Of a stretch of DNA of 64,000 nt, positions 60,377-64,000 are shown in pieces. Source of the DNA: an uncultured Gemmatimonadaceae bacterium. GTDB taxonomy: Bacteria; Gemmatimonadota; Gemmatimonadetes; Gemmatimonadales; Gemmatimonadaceae. Numbering within the stretch: the stretch's first letter is position 1; each line of letters starts with the position of its first letter. The position numbers and the translations under genes were made by a program. The DNA lies in contig CAVUDW010000002.1 in assembly GCA_963740355.1 (NCBI GenBank), positions 1,760,001-1,824,000 of the forward strand, read 5' to 3'. The notes beneath the pieces were generated by a model. It had not been told where the DNA came from, made no database searches, and was given only the letters and a program-made list of their open reading frames with translations.

Positions 60377-62452
60377 ATGAATCGTCACGCCGCCGCGGCG
60401 TTTGTCGCGCTCGTGTTCGCCGTCGGCACCGCCGACGCACAACAAGCAACCGATAGCACCCGTCGCGATAGCATCGCACGAGCCGGTTCACTGGAAGGGG
60501 TCATCGTTCGTGCGGTGCGCGCGAACGGCACCGCCCCGATCGCCCAGACCACCATCCCAACTCGCACCATCCAGCGCCGCAGCTACGCGCAGGATGTGCC
60601 CATGATGCTGCTCGGTACGACACCCTCGCTCACGGCACACTCGGAGTCAGGCACGAACTGGGGCTATTCGTACCTGCGCCTGCGCGGCATCGATCAGTCG
60701 CGCATCAACCTCTCGATCGACGGCATTCCACTCAACGATCCCGAAGATCAGGTCTTCTACTTCGCGAACTTTGCCGATCTCGCGTCGAGCATGCAGTCGG
60801 TGCAGGTCCAGCGCGGCGTCGGGACGAGCGGCGCCGGCACTGCATCGTTCGCGGGCTCGGTGAACTTCGAGACCAAGAATGTGCTCGGTGTGCCGCGACA
60901 GGGTGCGGCCGAGATTCAACTCGGCTCTTTCGGCGCACAGCGCCTGATGGTGGAAGGCAACACCGGCCTGATGGCTGGCGGCTTCGCGTCCTCCGTACGG
61001 TTGTCTGCCTTGCGCACGAACAGCTTTCGGCGACACGCCGGCGTGGAAGGACTGTCGGGGCTCGGTCAGGTGGCCTGGCTGGGGAAAAAGGACGTGGTGA
61101 AGCTGATGGTGCTGGCCGGCAGACTGCGCGACACACTCTCGTACCTGGCTGTGCCGGTGAACGAGCTGCGTATCGATCGCCGCATCAATCCACTCACGCC
61201 AGAGGAGCAGGATCGGTTCAGCCAGAACCTGGTCTCATTGTCGCACACGCGGCAACTCGGTGCCGGCGTGCAGTACGCATCAACGCTCTATCGCGTCGGC
61301 GCCACCGGCAACTACGACGTGCGGTTCGACAGCACCACCATCGGCAACTACGCGCTGGACTTCAGCTGGTATGGACTGACCAGCGCGGTGAACGTCGAGC
61401 GCGGCGCCGTGCGATTCAGCGCCGGCCTCAATGCCAACACCTACGCGCGAGATCACATCGCGTACGTACGACCGGACCTGCAGAACTCCACGTACCTGAA
61501 CACGGGCCACAAGCAGGATGGTAGCCTGTTCACGAAGGTGGCCGTGGTGCAGGGACCGGTGACTTGGTTCGGCGACCTGCAGCTTCGGCGCGCGACCTTC
61601 CGCTACACGCCGGACAGGAACGCGGGATTCAGCGGAGACGAGCCATCGATTTCGTGGACATTCCTCAACCCCAAGCTGGGTGTCACGTACGCAGTCAAGC
61701 CAACCGTTGACCTCTTTGCCTCAGTCGGCCGCACGACGCGCGAACCGACACGCAGCGACATCTTCGGTGGCAACGACGACATCTCGCAGTCGGTGCTGGC
61801 CGATCTGGGTGGGCTGAAGCGCGTGCGTCCTGAGCGTGTGACCGATACAGAAGCCGGGGTGCGCTTGCGCGGCGCTGACCTGCAACTCGAAGTGAACCTG
61901 TTCCGGATGGATTTCAGCAACGAGATCGCACGCATCGGTGCGCTCTCGCCGCTTGGCGCCGAGCTGCGGAGCAATGTCGGCGCCAGTGTACGCCAAGGTG
62001 TCGAGTTCGACCTGCGTGCGCGGCCGACTGCATCCCTGGTGCTGACCACGGTCGGTGCGGTGAGCCACAATCGCATTCGGCAATTCGTGGACTCGACGGG
62101 TGACTCACCGGTCGTGCGCCGCGACGTACCGCCGCTGCTCACGCCGGCCGTGAGTGGAGCACAGCGGGCTGATTGGCGCCTGTCGCGCTGGCTCGACCTT
62201 GGTGTCGAGGCGCGCTACCACGGGGAGAGCTACCTCCGCAACGACGGTGACAAGGCCCTCACCCTGCCGCAGTACTGGATGTTCGACGCCATGCTGCGCG
62301 TGCCGTTCGGTGCCAATGATCTCACCGTGCGCGGTACAAATCTCGGAAACTCGCAGCGATTCGGCAGCGGGTATGCGTCGGACGGTGTGCCGAACTACTT
62401 CATCCTGACGCCGCGATCGGTGTTCGTGACGCTGCGGATCGCGACGAGGTGA
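60377..62452 (+). CDS. TonB-dependent receptor, probably for thiamine or a thiamine precursor
   Basis: Signal peptide, plug YSYLRLRG...RIN..IDGIPLNDPED, QVQRG.G.S, REP and P.E motifs, and the upstream TPP riboswitch. Confidence 0.88.
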   Translation: MNRHAAAAFVALVFAVGTADAQQATDSTRRDSIARAGSLEGVIVRAVRANGTAPIAQTTIPTRTIQRRSYAQDVPMMLLGTTPSLTAHSESGTNWGYSYLRLRGIDQSRINLSIDGIPLNDPEDQVFYFANFADLASSMQSVQVQRGVGTSGAGTASFAGSVNFETKNVLGVPRQGAAEIQLGSFGAQRLMVEGNTGLMAGGFASSVRLSALRTNSFRRHAGVEGLSGLGQVAWLGKKDVVKLMVLAGRLRDTLSYLAVPVNELRIDRRINPLTPEEQDRFSQNLVSLSHTRQLGAGVQYASTLYRVGATGNYDVRFDSTTIGNYALDFSWYGLTSAVNVERGAVRFSAGLNANTYARDHIAYVRPDLQNSTYLNTGHKQDGSLFTKVAVVQGPVTWFGDLQLRRATFRYTPDRNAGFSGDEPSISWTFLNPKLGVTYAVKPTVDLFASVGRTTREPTRSDIFGGNDDISQSVLADLGGLKRVRPERVTDTEAGVRLRGADLQLEVNLFRMDFSNEIARIGALSPLGAELRSNVGASVRQGVEFDLRARPTASLVLTTVGAVSHNRIRQFVDSTGDSPVVRRDVPPLLTPAVSGAQRADWRLSRWLDLGVEARYHGESYLRNDGDKALTLPQYWMFDAMLRVPFGANDLTVRGTNLGNSQRFGSGYASDGVPNYFILTPRSVFVTLRIATR

Positions 62453-62458
62453 TGGTCG

Positions 62459-64000
62459 CTACGGCCTCGCCAGCGGTGGAGTCGTCGCTGGCGGGCGCCG
62501 CAGTTTGGTGGCCTGTTCGAACGCGAAGCCATACCCCAACAGCTGTGCCTCGCTGAATGGCCGCCCGAGGAATTCGAGGCCGACCGGGAGCGTATCACTG
62601 GTGAAGCCTGCCGGCACCGTCAGCGCCGGGAAGCCGATGTTGGGGCTCAGGCCACGATTGTCACCGCGGCCGTAGGCATCGAGTGGCTTCGGATTCGTGA
62701 GCACGTCGAGTGCGATCGGCGTCGGTGGGGCGTCGTAGGTGGCGTACACCAGCGCGTCGAGGCGCTTGTCGGCCATCAACTTCAGGATCGCAACGCGCAT
62801 CGCCTCACGGCTCTTCATCACCGTCAGGTAGCCTGGATCGTCGGTCGTCTTGCCGATGTAGCCGATCATCGCGCGCGCCCGCCACGGATTGACGGTGCCG
62901 GCGAGCAGAATTTCGGCCAGCGTCTTCACGGGCGCATTCGGATGCTGCGCGAAGTAGGCGTTGGTGGCCTCTTCGGTCTCGAAATCGTTGCCCACGCGGC
63001 GCCCAGGTACCGTCGGGACCAGCAGCGAATCCACGACCTCCGCTCCCTGCGCGCGCAATGACGCGATGGCGCGTTCGAAGACCACGCGCACCTTGTCGAA
63101 CTCTGCCCGAATGGCTTTCGCCGTCGAATCGCGACGTGCGGCAGAGTCGGCGGAGATCGAGGTGTCGCGGGGCGCCGTCGGCGCCTTCGTCGTGTCGCGC
63201 GGACTGCGGGTGGTATCACGCGACACGGCAGTGTCGCGCGGGAACCGAAGCACGCCGATGCGCGCACCGCGCAGCGCGTTCGGCAGGAGCGCGGTGGTGT
63301 AGGTCATCGGCACATGGCCAACGGCGTAGGCCGTGATGGGATCATTGGCGTCGTAGCCCGCGATCACGTCCAGCACTCGCGCCGCATCGGCCACGGTGCG
63401 CGTCATCGGGCCCATCGTGTCCTGCGTCGGGTTGGCCGGCAGCATGCCGAACCGACTCACCAGTTGCAGCGTGGGTCGAAGACCGACCAGGCTGCTGACG
63501 GCAGCCGGCCCTCGAATCGATCCACCGGTGTCTTCGCCGATGCCCACCAGCCCGAAGTTTGCGGTCACGCTGGACGCCGAGCCGCTCGATGACCCACTCG
63601 GATTCCTCGTTGGGTCGTAGGCGTTGCGCACGATGCCGGCGGCCGATCCGACGTAGCGACCGGCGAACTCACCCATCGTCGTCTTGGCGATGATGATGGC
63701 GCCAGCGCCTTCGAGACGCTGCACGACGGTCGCGTCACGCTTCGGCGTGAAATCCTTGTAGATCGCCGAGCCGTAGGTGGTGGGCATGTCACGCGTCTCG
63801 ATCTGATCCTTGAGCAACACCGGGACACAGTGCAGGGGACCACGCTTGGTGCGTGACTGTTGCACCGCATCGAGTGAGTCGGCTTCGAGGAGTGCACGGG
63901 CGTTGATGTGCTGAATCGAGTTCAGCGTCGGCCCGCGTTGATCGTAGGCGGCGATCCGGTCGAGGTACGCCTGCACCAACGCGTGGCAGGTCAACTTCCG
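62459..64000 (-). CDS. Amidase signature family protein (5' end outside the window)
   Basis: GPLH.VP..LKD, GSSSGS, GEDTGGSIRGPA and P.G....GRPF.E motifs. The frame stays open to the window edge. Confidence 0.92.
   Translation of the reverse strand, partial: RKLTCHALVQAYLDRIAAYDQRGPTLNSIQHINARALLEADSLDAVQQSRTKRGPLHCVPVLLKDQIETRDMPTTYGSAIYKDFTPKRDATVVQRLEGAGAIIIAKTTMGEFAGRYVGSAAGIVRNAYDPTRNPSGSSSGSASSVTANFGLVGIGEDTGGSIRGPAAVSSLVGLRPTLQLVSRFGMLPANPTQDTMGPMTRTVADAARVLDVIAGYDANDPITAYAVGHVPMTYTTALLPNALRGARIGVLRFPRDTAVSRDTTRSPRDTTKAPTAPRDTSISADSAARRDSTAKAIRAEFDKVRVVFERAIASLRAQGAEVVDSLLVPTVPGRRVGNDFETEEATNAYFAQHPNAPVKTLAEILLAGTVNPWRARAMIGYIGKTTDDPGYLTVMKSREAMRVAILKLMADKRLDALVYATYDAPPTPIALDVLTNPKPLDAYGRGDNRGLSPNIGFPALTVPAGFTSDTLPVGLEFLGRPFSEAQLLGYGFAFEQATKLRRPPATTPPLARP

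Overview
High-GC bacterial chromosomal window, about 45 CDS. A Gemmatimonadota-like origin is inferred from a SusC/SusD pair in a GC-rich background and from many secreted peptidases and hydrolases; this was not tested. Recognisable content: glutamate synthase large subunit (gltB), tRNA-Ser(TGA), an Fpg/Nei glycosylase, a PAS-GGDEF-EAL protein, an MCP, SusC/SusD, a tricorn-type S41 protease, a two-component pair, an L,D-transpeptidase, an M28 peptidase, a TPP-riboswitch-controlled TonB-dependent receptor and a partial amidase. No integrase, transposase, phage or cas genes were seen. Best candidate for an undescribed system (46575-49041): a divergent Lgt-like diacylglyceryl transferase, a radical SAM enzyme with the Cys/His layout of the tetraether-lipid synthase (Tes/GDGT-MAS, COG1964) family that is split by a 1-nt frameshift, and a 75-aa two-helix peptide with a lipobox-like MSAC. 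The cassette abuts the C-terminal remnant of an S9 peptidase, which suggests it was inserted. Other leads: a hairpin-dense region ending in an intrinsic terminator upstream of susC, a 2TM/coiled-coil/TrmB-PLD-like orphan paired with an atypical ABC exporter, two families of intergenic REP-like repeats, and D-(S/T) motif linkers in secreted proteins. All family assignments come from reading motifs by eye; no database search was run.
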